DNA of 64,000 bases, taken from the NCBI GenBank assembly GCA_963700985.1, contig OY969554.1, positions 1,792,001-1,856,000 on the forward strand, written 5' to 3'. Below the pieces are notes generated by a model. The model was not told the origin of the DNA and did not search any database. It saw only the letters and a list, made by a program, of their open reading frames with translations. Source of the DNA: an uncultured Chlamydiales bacterium (lineage in GTDB: Bacteria > Chlamydiota > Chlamydiia > Chlamydiales > Rhabdochlamydiaceae). Below, in pieces: positions 43,274-53,674 of this stretch (the first letter of the stretch is position 1; each line of letters opens with the position of its first letter). A program made the translations under genes and the position numbers.

Positions 43274-43343
43274 AAAGTCTATTGAAGAATATCTTTAAAC
43301 CGCCTACATATTGCGGTGTAAAATTACTAATTGGAGATCGTGT

Positions 43344-43610
43344 ATGGCATTGAAGAATACAATCAACGCAATGAGAACCCTTCTTGAAGGGATTTGCGGA
43401 GATTTAGAAAAATCTGAAGCTGGTAATAGAGCTGCTTCGCAAAGAGTGCGCACCTCATCAATTAAATTTGCCAAGATCAGCAAACTCTATCGTAAAGAGT
43501 CGATTGCAGAGGAGCGCAAAGGTGGCAAAAGCGGTAAAAAAGCCAAGTCAACGGCTAAGGCTGCTAATTCTAAAAAAGCTAAAGCTAAGCCTGCAGCTAG
43601 AAAAAAATAA
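43344..43610 (+). CDS. hctA: Chlamydial histone H1-like protein Hc1
   Basis: MALKNT...DLEKSEAGNRAASQRVRTSSIK...YRKESI plus K/A-rich tail. Confidence 0.92.
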   Translation: MALKNTINAMRTLLEGICGDLEKSEAGNRAASQRVRTSSIKFAKISKLYRKESIAEERKGGKSGKKAKSTAKAANSKKAKAKPAARKK

Positions 43611-43654
43611 GAGTACGGCTTTAACCTTTATTCTCGATGGTTTAACCTGGTCGC

Positions 43655-44869
43655 ATGACCTGTTTATCCGTATCTCTATGCTCGCATGTTCCGCTATGCG
43701 GAGGGTGCAGCTGGCAACAAATTGAATACTCTGAGCAGCTGAACAAAAAGCGCGAAAACGTGAAGAAGCTTTTTGAGCCGCTGGGCGTATTTGACTCAAT
43801 GATTTTCCATGAGATCTTGCCTTGTCCTGCGCCCTGGCGCTATCGCAATAAGATGGAGTTCTCCTTTTCGCAGAATAAAGCCCAAGATCATTTCCTGGGT
43901 TTGATGATCGCGCGCAGTCGAAGGCGCGTCTTCAATCTCGAAGAGTGCTACCTCACTGCCCCCTGGTTTGCAGAAACACTTTGTAGTGTGCGCAACTGGT
44001 GGAAGGCGAGTGGGTTAAAAGCCTATCATGCGCATTACAATACAGGATCACTGCGCACGCTTACTTTGCGTGAAGGAAGGCGAACGGGCGATAAAATGGC
44101 CATCCTCACAGTTTCGGGCGAGCCCGAGTTTTCTTTAAATAAGGAGCAGCTTGCTGGGTATGTCGAAGCTGTTAAAAGTGCGCTTCCAGGAGAAAATGTC
44201 AGCATTTTTCTGCGCATTCATCAGATCAAAAAGGGCACGCCTACGCAATTCTATGATATGGTGCTCTCAGGGCCAGATCATATCACCGAGAAGTTAGAGA
44301 TTAAAATCGGCGGAGAGACCCGCGCGTTTACGTTCAAAATTAGTCCGATGTCATTTTTTCAGCCTAATTCTCTTCAAGCCGAGCTTCTTTACAGCCGCGC
44401 GCTTGAGATGTGTGCCGTAAACAAAGAGATGCATGTGTTTGATCTCTATTGCGGTACGGCTACGCTTGGTATGATCTTTGCGCAGCAGGCGGGACGCGTC
44501 TCTGGGATCGAACTCAATCCAGAGGCGGTCTTTGATGCGGAAAGCAATTTGCAATTGAATGGAATCGACAATGTTCAGATCCATCAGGGCGATGTAGGGA
44601 AGATCCTCCAAAGTTGGGAAAAAGATAAGCTCAAGCCCGATCTGGTGATTGTCGACCCGCCGCGTTCGGGCTTAGATGCCACTTCCATTGCGCAGATCTT
44701 GCAACTCGCTCCAAAAGAAATTCTATACATTTCTTGTAATCCCGAGACGCAAGCGCAGAATGTGAAGGTATTTATCGAAAATGGATATAAGCTGCTCGAA
44801 CTGCAGCCTGTAGATCAATTTCCCCATACGCCTCACCTTGAAACCATCGCTAGACTAGCGTCAAATTAG
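43655..44869 (+). CDS. rlmD: 23S rRNA (uracil-5)-methyltransferase RlmD/RumA family
   Basis: CGGC Fe-S motif, YRNKMEF, SFFQPN, DLYCGTA, VDPPRSG, YISCNP, DQFPHTPHLE. Confidence 0.93.
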   Translation: MTCLSVSLCSHVPLCGGCSWQQIEYSEQLNKKRENVKKLFEPLGVFDSMIFHEILPCPAPWRYRNKMEFSFSQNKAQDHFLGLMIARSRRRVFNLEECYLTAPWFAETLCSVRNWWKASGLKAYHAHYNTGSLRTLTLREGRRTGDKMAILTVSGEPEFSLNKEQLAGYVEAVKSALPGENVSIFLRIHQIKKGTPTQFYDMVLSGPDHITEKLEIKIGGETRAFTFKISPMSFFQPNSLQAELLYSRALEMCAVNKEMHVFDLYCGTATLGMIFAQQAGRVSGIELNPEAVFDAESNLQLNGIDNVQIHQGDVGKILQSWEKDKLKPDLVIVDPPRSGLDATSIAQILQLAPKEILYISCNPETQAQNVKVFIENGYKLLELQPVDQFPHTPHLETIARLASN

Positions 44870-44941
44870 CTCATTTTTCTTGATTTTGGGGCTGTTTTAG
44901 GGCATGCTCAGGCAATGCATTTTTTTAACAAGGGAACTATT

Positions 44942-45343
44942 ATGAACAAGTTTTTTACTTTTTGCCTCAGCCTTTCTGCGCTGGTTTTCAGCTCTCTTCC
45001 GCTCTTTGCACAAGATGCGCCAGCAGCACCAGCTCGTGAAAACAGCTTCATGCAGACGCTGATCATGATCGGTATTGCACTGGTCTTCTTCTATTTCATC
45101 CTCTGGCGCCCAGAACAAAAACGTCGCAAAGCGATGGAAAAACAACGCAGCGGCCTGAAAAAGGGCGATCGCGTTACTGCAATGGGAATCGTGGGCACAG
45201 TATTCAAAGTTCAAGAGACAACTGTAATCTTGAAGATGGTTGATGGTGCTAAGATTGAAATTCTGAAGGGTGCAATTACAGACGTTCAAGCTGGAACTGA
45301 TGAAGATTCCAAGTCTGTTGAACTGACTCCTGACCCTAAGTAA
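44942..45343 (+). CDS. yajC: Preprotein translocase subunit YajC
   Basis: FFYFILWRPEQKRRK, LKKGDRVTAMGIVGTV. Confidence 0.93.
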   Translation: MNKFFTFCLSLSALVFSSLPLFAQDAPAAPARENSFMQTLIMIGIALVFFYFILWRPEQKRRKAMEKQRSGLKKGDRVTAMGIVGTVFKVQETTVILKMVDGAKIEILKGAITDVQAGTDEDSKSVELTPDPK

Positions 45344-45367
45344 GTAGCCTTAAGAAATTTTCCATAT

Positions 45368-45414
45368 AACTCATATTTTGCGGGTTTTTAAAACCCCAGA
45401 ATATGAGTTTTTTT
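45368..45414 (+). terminator. Terminator between convergent yajC and the coiled-coil gene
   Basis: AACTCATATT...AATATGAGTT followed by a T run. Confidence 0.7.
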
Positions 45415-45415
45415 A

Positions 45416-47467
45416 TTAGTCAATATTGTGAACATCTAGCATGCGTTGCTGTTCTGGTGTCCGTGCAGCCGCTCTTTTTGTGCGTTCTTGCAGCATCTCA
45501 TAAAGAACCCTGACGCGAGTATCTAATTCGCCTTTTTCAAGCTCAGCTTGTCTGATACGCTTTTCCATTGCCTTAATGGTTTTCTGCATTTTTTTAAGCT
45601 GCTCGTCAGCAGTATTTGCGCTCTCTACAGCTTTGTCACGAGCTGCAATCAATCTATTCATATATTCTGTCTGTGCTTTTATCGTGTTCAAAGCACCAGC
45701 AGTCGTCTCTGTTGAGGCTTTGACGACCTCTTGCGCGCGCTCCTGCTCATCGTCTGAATCAGAACTCGCTTTATTAATTTGTTGCTTTAAAGCTCGAATT
45801 TGTAGCCCTTGCTTATCTCTTAGCTGTTCGGCTTCATTACGCTGTTTTTCAAGCATGCTCATCTGCTGCTTCAACAACCCAATTTCTCGATCGTGCTCTC
45901 TTTGTGCATGTGCGCTTGCCTGATCGTAAGCTGTTTGGTTTTGGCCTATCTTATGATCAAAAGAAAGATTTCGCTCTTCGCTCTCTTTAAAGCGTTGTGT
46001 TACGGATGTAAGTTGTTGCTTAGCTTGGCTTTCAGAATCTTTTAGGTTCACAAATTCTGCATTTAGATCCTCGACCCTGCTGGCCAGTGATTGCGCCTGC
46101 TCTACTAGCTCACCATTTTCGATTTCTTTATGCGCAAAAGCGTGCTCAAGCTCACTAACTTGGAGCGCCAATCGGAGGTTTGCTGCTCTTTGAGTTTCAA
46201 GCTGCTTGCTTAAAGCAGTCACTTCGGTAGATCGATCTGGGTAAGCTGGTTTTTGTGCAGAAAGTTCAGTGATTTTTCTCTCTGCTTCGCTGACATCATG
46301 CTCGAGCTCCAAGATGCGCTTTTCGAAATTAAATTTTTCTGAAGCAAGTTGTGTCTCTAGCTCAGCCACTCTTTTATTTGCATTTTCTAATTCAGTCGTA
46401 AGCACGTCGATTTCTGGAAGAATCTGTTCAATATAGTCTTCTAACTCGACTTTTTCTTTTTGGAGTATTGCAACTTCGTTTTGGGCTTTGGCAAAAGCTT
46501 GCTCGAGTTCTTGGATTCTCGTTTCTAACGCTGTCTTGTCTGAGGTCTTGTCGTCTTGCGCTGCAGCGAGTTGTGCCTCTAGCTCAGCCGCTCTTTTAGT
46601 TGCTTTTGTTAATTCAGATCTAAGCCTGTCAATCTCTGCATTTGCAGTTGCAATGTTTGCTTCTAACTCGCTTTTCGTATTTTTGAGAGCAGCAATCTCG
46701 GCTTGGTCTGCATTAACAGCTTTTTCGAGCTCGCCGATTCTTGCTGCTGATTCAGCTTTATCTGCAACGCTGCTTTTTTGTAATTCAGACAACTCTTTTT
46801 GGAGTTGTTCAATTCTTTCGTCGAGGTCGCGGATTTTTTGCTTAGCTGCTCCATATAGTTCGAGCTGGGTTTTCAAAGTGCCAGTAAGTTCTTCTTGAGA
46901 AGCTGAGCACTGCGTATTTTCTTGAACAAGACGTGCATTCTCTTCGGCTAAACCTCTGACTTGACCTGTAAGATCTTCAACTCGATGCGTAAGCCCGGTT
47001 TTTTCGTCGGTTAAACGGTCAATCTGAGAGCGTAATTCTTCCATTGCTGCAGGATTTACTGCGCTTTGGGGTTCAGGTGATGGCGTAAACGTGCGCGGAA
47101 AGCTTAATCTTCGGGCAGACTCAGATGAGGGGGAAAGTCCGCGGTTAGCGATTTTTATGATTTTTTTGCAGACCTTCTGAATCTCTGGAGTCTGTTTAAC
47201 AGGCATGCTTGCATGGCTGTCTTTGAGGGAGACGGTCAGTCTTTTAGTTGGGCCATCGATGTCTAAAAGCAGGCGTTGGCCCGCAGTAATCGTGCCATTT
47301 GATTTTAAAATTTGGACGAGTTTAGCAACATGCGTTTGAGTTTCATTAATGAAGCTGCTGTCAGCTTTTTTAGCCGTTGTACGACCGCCTTTGCCTGGGG
47401 AGGTATATTTGATGCGTGTAATGCTATGCGAGGGCGAGCTATCAGGTCCTGTTAATGCTAATGACAT
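45416..47467 (-). CDS. Long coiled-coil protein with internal repeat; candidate effector
   Basis: Continuous E/K/Q/L/A heptads from about residue 140; S/P/T-rich N-terminus. Confidence 0.8.
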   Translation of the reverse strand: MSLALTGPDSSPSHSITRIKYTSPGKGGRTTAKKADSSFINETQTHVAKLVQILKSNGTITAGQRLLLDIDGPTKRLTVSLKDSHASMPVKQTPEIQKVCKKIIKIANRGLSPSSESARRLSFPRTFTPSPEPQSAVNPAAMEELRSQIDRLTDEKTGLTHRVEDLTGQVRGLAEENARLVQENTQCSASQEELTGTLKTQLELYGAAKQKIRDLDERIEQLQKELSELQKSSVADKAESAARIGELEKAVNADQAEIAALKNTKSELEANIATANAEIDRLRSELTKATKRAAELEAQLAAAQDDKTSDKTALETRIQELEQAFAKAQNEVAILQKEKVELEDYIEQILPEIDVLTTELENANKRVAELETQLASEKFNFEKRILELEHDVSEAERKITELSAQKPAYPDRSTEVTALSKQLETQRAANLRLALQVSELEHAFAHKEIENGELVEQAQSLASRVEDLNAEFVNLKDSESQAKQQLTSVTQRFKESEERNLSFDHKIGQNQTAYDQASAHAQREHDREIGLLKQQMSMLEKQRNEAEQLRDKQGLQIRALKQQINKASSDSDDEQERAQEVVKASTETTAGALNTIKAQTEYMNRLIAARDKAVESANTADEQLKKMQKTIKAMEKRIRQAELEKGELDTRVRVLYEMLQERTKRAAARTPEQQRMLDVHNID

Positions 47468-47671
47468 AATTATATGTTCCTTATTATTGCTATTGTTAAT
47501 TATTATACTAAATTATTAATATATAGTCAAAATAATATTAATATTATTATAACTAGAATAAAGTCATAAATCATTGAAATTAAGGCGTTTGTATTTTTAG
47601 CTCTAGAAAAGAAGGATAGAATTAATTTGGCCATAGACGCATAGCCTAGATTTGTCTAAAAATAGCGGCCT

Positions 47672-48907
47672 ATGCGACGAATTTTGCTCTTTTTTTGCCT
47701 ATTTTCGGGTTCCATTCTGATTGGAGCACAGACTCCTTCCAAAGAGCCAACGGCCCTATACCTAAGTTGGAAAAGAGACCCGACCTCGACCATGGTCATT
47801 CAATGGCACACCTCTAAAAAAGAGGCTATTTCAGAGATCTCATACAAACGTGAAGCAGAAACAACATGGCGCTCAGCTACTGGCATCGTAACTCCTTTTG
47901 CCAAGGAAGCGCTTTTGGTGCATACAGTGGAACTCACTGATCTTCAGGCGGATACGATGTATCAATTCCGCATAGGCCAGAGCAAAAACATCTATAAATT
48001 TCGAACTTGCCCCAAGAATTTAGAAAGGCCGCTGCGCTTTGCCATTGCAGGGGATGTCTATTTTTACCTCTATCTTCTGAGAAAGATGAATCATGAGATT
48101 GCACAGAGCGATCCAGATTTTGTGGTGGTGGGTGGTGACATCGCTTATACCAATGGGCATAAGTCGCTCTTTAAAGGCAAAGATTGGGAGCGTAAACGCT
48201 GGGGCACTTTTTTCGAGGAGTGGCATAAACAGATGGTTGCTCCTGATGGGCGGCTAATTCCGATGGTGGTCGTGATTGGCAATCATGATGTGAAATCGAA
48301 AGTAGAGGGTGGCTCTTTTTATAAACTCTTCGCCTTTCCAGAAGAGAACATACCTTACCGCGCGCTTGATTTTGGCACGTATTTCAGCCTCTTTTTGTTA
48401 GATACAAATCACACATATCCAATTGAGGGTCTGCAATCCGCCTGGTTAAATGAGGCATTAGCTAAGCGAGAAGCTGTGTCTTTTAAAATTCCGGTCTACC
48501 ACGTGGGGGCTTATCCTTCGGTTTATCGATATGATGGGCACATCCCGACTAAGATTCGTGACATGTGGGTGCCACTTTTTGAAAAATATGGCGTGAAGTT
48601 CGCATTCGAAAATCACAATCACGCTTACAAGCGCACACATCCCATCAAAGCGGGAAAAGTAGATCAAACTGGGGTGATCTATTTAGGTGATGGGGCTTGG
48701 GGCGTCGCACCACGTAAACCGAAACCTATTAAAGATCAGTGGTACATGGCTACATCAGCCCAGAAAAACTGCTTCTGGCTGATTAGCTTAAGCAAGGAAG
48801 GGTATGCGGTGAAGTCTCTCGATGGCGAAGGAAAATTAATCGAAGAGCTTCCTCTAATTCCAATTCCTGCTAAACTTGCTTCCCCAATTACACCGAGCCA
48901 AAATTGA
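47672..48907 (+). CDS. Purple-acid-phosphatase-like metallophosphoesterase with N-terminal FN3-like domain, copy 1
   Basis: Signal peptide; AGDVY, GGDIAY, GNHD, YH, ENHNHAY. Confidence 0.9.
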   Translation: MRRILLFFCLFSGSILIGAQTPSKEPTALYLSWKRDPTSTMVIQWHTSKKEAISEISYKREAETTWRSATGIVTPFAKEALLVHTVELTDLQADTMYQFRIGQSKNIYKFRTCPKNLERPLRFAIAGDVYFYLYLLRKMNHEIAQSDPDFVVVGGDIAYTNGHKSLFKGKDWERKRWGTFFEEWHKQMVAPDGRLIPMVVVIGNHDVKSKVEGGSFYKLFAFPEENIPYRALDFGTYFSLFLLDTNHTYPIEGLQSAWLNEALAKREAVSFKIPVYHVGAYPSVYRYDGHIPTKIRDMWVPLFEKYGVKFAFENHNHAYKRTHPIKAGKVDQTGVIYLGDGAWGVAPRKPKPIKDQWYMATSAQKNCFWLISLSKEGYAVKSLDGEGKLIEELPLIPIPAKLASPITPSQN

Positions 48908-50148
48908 TGAAATTTCTGAAGTTTTTTGCACCTCTAGTCGTGATTGTTATCGCAGTCATCTTTTTTAAAACTTATGAAAGTGCCAAGGTTCCATCTGCCC
49001 TTTATCTCACCTGGCTGCATGATCCTACGCACACTATGACGGTGCAGTGGCACAATGAAGATGGCGAGAACACACAAGTTTATTATCAGAAAGAAGGCGA
49101 ATCGACTTGGCATGCAAAAGTGGCCGCTTCGCATCAGGTTGCAAATGGCACCCTTTTATGGGGAACGCTTTTTGTGCATACGGCAGAGCTGACTGAGCTT
49201 CAACCAGACACTGTCTATGCTTTCCGTTTAGGGACTCACGATGTTCTCTATCGTTTTAGAACCATGCCAGATACAACGCTGGGCCGGCCTGTGCGCTTTG
49301 TGGTGGGCGGCGATCTCTATCAAGACAACCTTTCGCGTTTCAAAAAAATGAATGGCCAGGTGGCCAAAATGGATCCCGATTTCGTGGTGCTAGGCGGCGA
49401 CATCGCTTACACGAGAGGTCATAGCGCTTTTCTGAAAGGGCGCTACTTTGAAATCAAACGCTGGCAGACCTTCTTTAAAGCTTGGAAGAATCAGATGGTT
49501 ACATCTGATGGCCGGCTGATTCCTGCGCTCGTGGCCATCGGCAATCACGATTTGGAAAGTTCTCACCCTGACCCGCGCGTAAAGTCGGTGCTGTTCTATG
49601 AGTTTTTTGCCATGCCTGAGCTTTTCACAGCATATCGCACGCTCGATTACGGAAACTATTTGAGCTTGTTTCTTTTGGATACAGGACATACCTATCCGAT
49701 CAGTGGCAAACAGACAAAATGGCTGCAAAGTGCGCTTGCACAAAGCGACATGCCGCATAAGATGGCGGTTTATCATGTCTCTGCCTATCCATCAGTCTAC
49801 GATTTTAACAAAGGCAATCGGAAACTCATTCGCAAGCACTGGGTGCCGCTCTTTGAGCAATATGGAGTGAAGACTGCTTTTGAACATCACGATCACGCTT
49901 TTAAACGCACTTATCGCATAAAAGAGGGCAAAGTAGATCCAAATGGAGTTCTCTATCTCGGTGACGGCGCTTGGGCGATCGATGTGCGCGAGCCGCGCAA
50001 AGCCGAAAGCACCTGGTATCTAGAAAAAACGCAAGCGATCAACTTTGTCTATCTCGTTACTCTGCAAGGAGCTACGCAGATCGTGCAAGCCATCGACAAT
50101 AATGGCATTACCTTTGATCAGATCTCTTTCACGAACTTATCTAAATAA
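48904..50148 (+). CDS. Purple-acid-phosphatase-like metallophosphoesterase, copy 2
   Basis: N-terminal anchor; GGDLY, GGDIAY, GNHD, EHHDHAF; paralogue of copy 1. Confidence 0.9.
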   Translation: MMKFLKFFAPLVVIVIAVIFFKTYESAKVPSALYLTWLHDPTHTMTVQWHNEDGENTQVYYQKEGESTWHAKVAASHQVANGTLLWGTLFVHTAELTELQPDTVYAFRLGTHDVLYRFRTMPDTTLGRPVRFVVGGDLYQDNLSRFKKMNGQVAKMDPDFVVLGGDIAYTRGHSAFLKGRYFEIKRWQTFFKAWKNQMVTSDGRLIPALVAIGNHDLESSHPDPRVKSVLFYEFFAMPELFTAYRTLDYGNYLSLFLLDTGHTYPISGKQTKWLQSALAQSDMPHKMAVYHVSAYPSVYDFNKGNRKLIRKHWVPLFEQYGVKTAFEHHDHAFKRTYRIKEGKVDPNGVLYLGDGAWAIDVREPRKAESTWYLEKTQAINFVYLVTLQGATQIVQAIDNNGITFDQISFTNLSK

Positions 50149-50159
50149 AAGCTGAGATT

Positions 50160-51743
50160 TTAGTCGGGTTGCGGAAGGCTCTCTGGAGTTAGCGTGCGGC
50201 TGCTGCGGAAGAGCTGGATGCCAAGACAGGAGAGCAGACCATAGACGAGGTAATAAAATCCGAATCCGATAGCGTAAAGTATTTGCATGCCCCAAGAGGT
50301 GCGTATCGCTTCATGTTGAGCGATTTCTGGCCCGCGTAGGGTGTTGTCGAACTGTGTATCTAATTCAGCTCTTGGATACTCATATGTGATCACAGCCGGC
50401 ACTGGAGGATTTATAGTGTATTCGGGCTCGCCGGGGCGAAATGCGTGGGGGCCGAGCACCTCTCCTACCTTGCCAATATCAAGGCTATTTTGAAATTCGG
50501 TCAAATGTACTTCTATATAGGGGTTGTCTGGGTGAATGCCCAATCCGAAATGTGTCTCTCCCAAATAATCAGAACGATCTCCACCCGAGACTGTGGTGGC
50601 GCGATTGCGGTAGACTTCGACGCGACATTTTGGCCCAAGTGATGGATCCGTGCGCGTATTGATCATGTTGCTAAAAGCTGTGACGGTTTCTCTATCGGGG
50701 CTTGGTCCACAAAGTAGAAGGGCTTCTTCAACATCTGCCCAGAAATCCATCATAAATCTTTGCGCCTGCGTGCTTCCCTCGCTATAGGCGATAACGCGAA
50801 TTTTTTGTCCATCTAGCGTGCGAAAATTGCCATCTTGGAGGAGCGTAGCAAAATCTGCTTTGGCTGCAGCATAGCCAGTTAGTCCCATGCATCTTTCGGT
50901 GCCGTTGGCGATGCTCATAAAAAAATCTTCGGCTACAAAAGCCACTTGCGTTGGGCGAAAAACAAGCGAGGGGACAAGTGTGGAATTTTTGCTAAGCGGT
51001 TTGAGTGCAAAGGCCACTAGTCCATCACCCGTGCCGATTTTGCGGTAGACTTCGAAGAAGTCGAGCTTACCATCACGTGTGAGTGCAGGGATGATCTCAC
51101 CTTCAGTAAGTTCCAGGCTCGAAAAGACCTTGGTCAGACGGTCACAGAATGCATAATCTGGCACGCGTGGGAAACGGCCTGGATTATAAAGATCTAAAAT
51201 ATCAGGCGAGAGTTGCTGACGCTTCTGATCTAAAAGAAAAGGATCATAGACGAACATGTCGCGCATAGTATCGGGCCCGCCCATGATTCTAGTGGCGGGT
51301 TTTTTGGGGCCGAGATAGGGAGCGGCTTGCAGCCTGGCAGCAATCTGCTCTCGCGGCATCTGCGCAACGCCCAGAATATCGTTTGTAAATACACGTGAGG
51401 CGCCCACTCCCACTTTAGCGACATGACTTAGCTCAAGGAAAGATCCTTTGTCCTGTTCTCGCTGAAAGTTTAGGTCGTAACGCGTGCAAAATCTCTTTAT
51501 TTGAATGGGAGAGTAAGCCGTTTTAACGGCTCTTTCAAAGGCTTGCCATGTGCGCGCATTGGCCGCACGCTCTTCTTCTGAAAGAGAAGAGCAGCAGCCC
51601 GGCTCTCTAGCTTCAATGCGCACAACTCGATCATGTGCGAGCTGAAGAAACGAAAATTCCGCCTCTTGTTCTGCCGCGTCAAAAAAATCCTGAATAGTGG
51701 GCTCGAAGGCAACTTGTGAAGAAGCTAAAGCAGTAGCATTCAT
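50160..51743 (-). CDS. Hypothetical protein, possible alpha/beta-hydrolase (lipase-like) with C-terminal membrane anchor
   Basis: LVFRPT oxyanion-like segment, VIAYSEGS nucleophile-elbow variant, hydrophobic C-terminal helix. Confidence 0.55.
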   Translation of the reverse strand: MNATALASSQVAFEPTIQDFFDAAEQEAEFSFLQLAHDRVVRIEAREPGCCSSLSEEERAANARTWQAFERAVKTAYSPIQIKRFCTRYDLNFQREQDKGSFLELSHVAKVGVGASRVFTNDILGVAQMPREQIAARLQAAPYLGPKKPATRIMGGPDTMRDMFVYDPFLLDQKRQQLSPDILDLYNPGRFPRVPDYAFCDRLTKVFSSLELTEGEIIPALTRDGKLDFFEVYRKIGTGDGLVAFALKPLSKNSTLVPSLVFRPTQVAFVAEDFFMSIANGTERCMGLTGYAAAKADFATLLQDGNFRTLDGQKIRVIAYSEGSTQAQRFMMDFWADVEEALLLCGPSPDRETVTAFSNMINTRTDPSLGPKCRVEVYRNRATTVSGGDRSDYLGETHFGLGIHPDNPYIEVHLTEFQNSLDIGKVGEVLGPHAFRPGEPEYTINPPVPAVITYEYPRAELDTQFDNTLRGPEIAQHEAIRTSWGMQILYAIGFGFYYLVYGLLSCLGIQLFRSSRTLTPESLPQPD

Positions 51744-51755
51744 CTCTTTTCCTAC

Positions 51756-53576
51756 TTATTGGCGTTCAACCAGCTTTTCGAGAATCTGGCTTGAGCGCGT
51801 GACGTACTCAGAAAGTGCAGAGGGCTCGAGCTCTTTTTGCGAGAGCAGCGAGAGATCATAAAGATGGCGGACCATCTCTTTGGCCAGCGCAGGTTCTTTA
51901 TTCTGCATCGAATAGAGTCCCGAGATCAATTTGCTATTGGTATTGACTACGAAGGTGCGTTTGCTGGTGATACTTGGCGGTAAATTCTGGCCGGTCATGG
52001 CCATGTAGTCGCGCATGCGTCTTAGCTCTTCATCGAGCACAATAAAGCTTGGCAGTGTGTCACTGGTTAAACTCTTGGCTTCGACTTCTACTTTTTCTAA
52101 GTTAAGGGAAGCGCGGATGAAATCAGCGATCTTGCCCGCTTGGGTCTTGCCGTCGGCATCCAGAAGGGTTTTTTCGCGCGTGCTATCTAGTGTCGCGCTG
52201 TCGATCGCGCCATCTAGACGTTGAAATTTAGCCGGCTGGAATTTTTCTTCCAGAGTGTTCATCAGCGCAGTGTCAACCGGTGAAGTGGCAAAGAGAACTT
52301 CATGGTCTTTGTATAATTCGAGCAGATGTGAAGGTGTTTTCTCTTCGGTGGTATAGAAGATCTTCTCCTTTGTTTTCTCGCGGTTGCGCGCAAGATACTC
52401 TTCGGTGGTGGTCCACTCGCTTTTAGTATTTTTCCAGATGAGAGCGCTTTGTACGCGCTCGTAGAACTTCTCATCTTGAATCGCTCCGAGTTTGACGATG
52501 AGTTCGATATCGGGCCATGCCTCTTCGAATTTTGCGCGGTCAGTTTGATAGAGGCTGACTAAGCGGTCTGAAACTTTTTTAGAGACGTGCGCCGCCAGCT
52601 GTCTAACGGTGCGGTCCATCTGCAGTGTGCTTCTGGAGACGTTCAAGGGGATATCAGGGCTGTCGAGCGCGCCTTGTAGCACGGCTAGATATTCAGGGAT
52701 CAAATCTTTGCAATTGTCAGATACGAAGACACGGTTGCAGAAGAGTTTGATGTTTGCGCGGTTCCAATCAAAGCGTTTTTGGATTTTAGGGAAGAAGAGA
52801 ATGCCTTTGAGATTGAATGGATAGTCGACATTTAGATGGATCCAGAAAATCGGCTCTGGCTCCATGGGGTAGAGATCGCGATAAAAATCTAGGTAGTCTT
52901 GATCTGTGCACTCAGAGGCGTTTTTTAGCCAGAGGGGGTCTTTGTGGTTGATCTTCTCGCCATTTAAATAGATAGCAAAAGGCAAAAATGCGCAGTACTG
53001 TTTGAGGATCTGCTTAATGCGATTTTCTTCTAGGAACTCATCGCTTTCTTTATCGACAAAGAGAGTGATCTCTGTGCCGCGCATCTCACGTGTGCCTTTA
53101 TCGATGGTGTAATCTGCGGAGCCGTCGCACGACCAGAAAACCGCTTCTGCATCTGCACGATACGAAAGAGTATCGATTTCAACTTTAGTGGAGATCATGT
53201 AAGCAGAATAGAAACCGAGGCCGAAATGGCCGATGATCTGATCTTGCTCATTTTGGCTTTTGTATTTGCTTACAAACTCTTCTGCGCCAGAAAAAGCCAC
53301 TTGAGCGATATATTTTTCCACCTCTTCATGGGACATACCGATACCAGTATCGATGAACTTTAAAGTGCGGCCTTCTTTATCGATCACGAGGTCGATGCGC
53401 AGCTCTTCATCCGTTGTCTCAGCTTCTTTTTGCTCTCTTAGAATACGCAGCTTATGCAGGGCGTCGCAGGCGTTGGAAACAAGCTCACGGATAAAGATAT
53501 CCTTGTCGCTGTAGAGCCATTTCTTGATAATAGGAAGAAGATTTTCAGTGTGGATCTTTAGTTTTCCGAGGGCCAT
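51756..53576 (-). CDS. htpG: Chaperone HtpG (Hsp90)
   Basis: FIRELVSNACDA, DTGIGM, IGHFGLGFYSAY, PLNVSRS. Confidence 0.97.
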   Translation of the reverse strand: MALGKLKIHTENLLPIIKKWLYSDKDIFIRELVSNACDALHKLRILREQKEAETTDEELRIDLVIDKEGRTLKFIDTGIGMSHEEVEKYIAQVAFSGAEEFVSKYKSQNEQDQIIGHFGLGFYSAYMISTKVEIDTLSYRADAEAVFWSCDGSADYTIDKGTREMRGTEITLFVDKESDEFLEENRIKQILKQYCAFLPFAIYLNGEKINHKDPLWLKNASECTDQDYLDFYRDLYPMEPEPIFWIHLNVDYPFNLKGILFFPKIQKRFDWNRANIKLFCNRVFVSDNCKDLIPEYLAVLQGALDSPDIPLNVSRSTLQMDRTVRQLAAHVSKKVSDRLVSLYQTDRAKFEEAWPDIELIVKLGAIQDEKFYERVQSALIWKNTKSEWTTTEEYLARNREKTKEKIFYTTEEKTPSHLLELYKDHEVLFATSPVDTALMNTLEEKFQPAKFQRLDGAIDSATLDSTREKTLLDADGKTQAGKIADFIRASLNLEKVEVEAKSLTSDTLPSFIVLDEELRRMRDYMAMTGQNLPPSITSKRTFVVNTNSKLISGLYSMQNKEPALAKEMVRHLYDLSLLSQKELEPSALSEYVTRSSQILEKLVERQ

Positions 53577-53674
53577 ATTTTAAATCTCAAGTTGTGTTAT
53601 TTATTGGAAATGATCCAAGTGCTGAAGTTTGATGTCAAGCGAGCGCTCGAAAAATAGGCTAAAAAAAAGATATT

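Noticed and set aside
53600-53640. CIRCE operator upstream of htpG
   Set aside because: Only a half-site-like CAGCACTT on the minus strand; no second arm.
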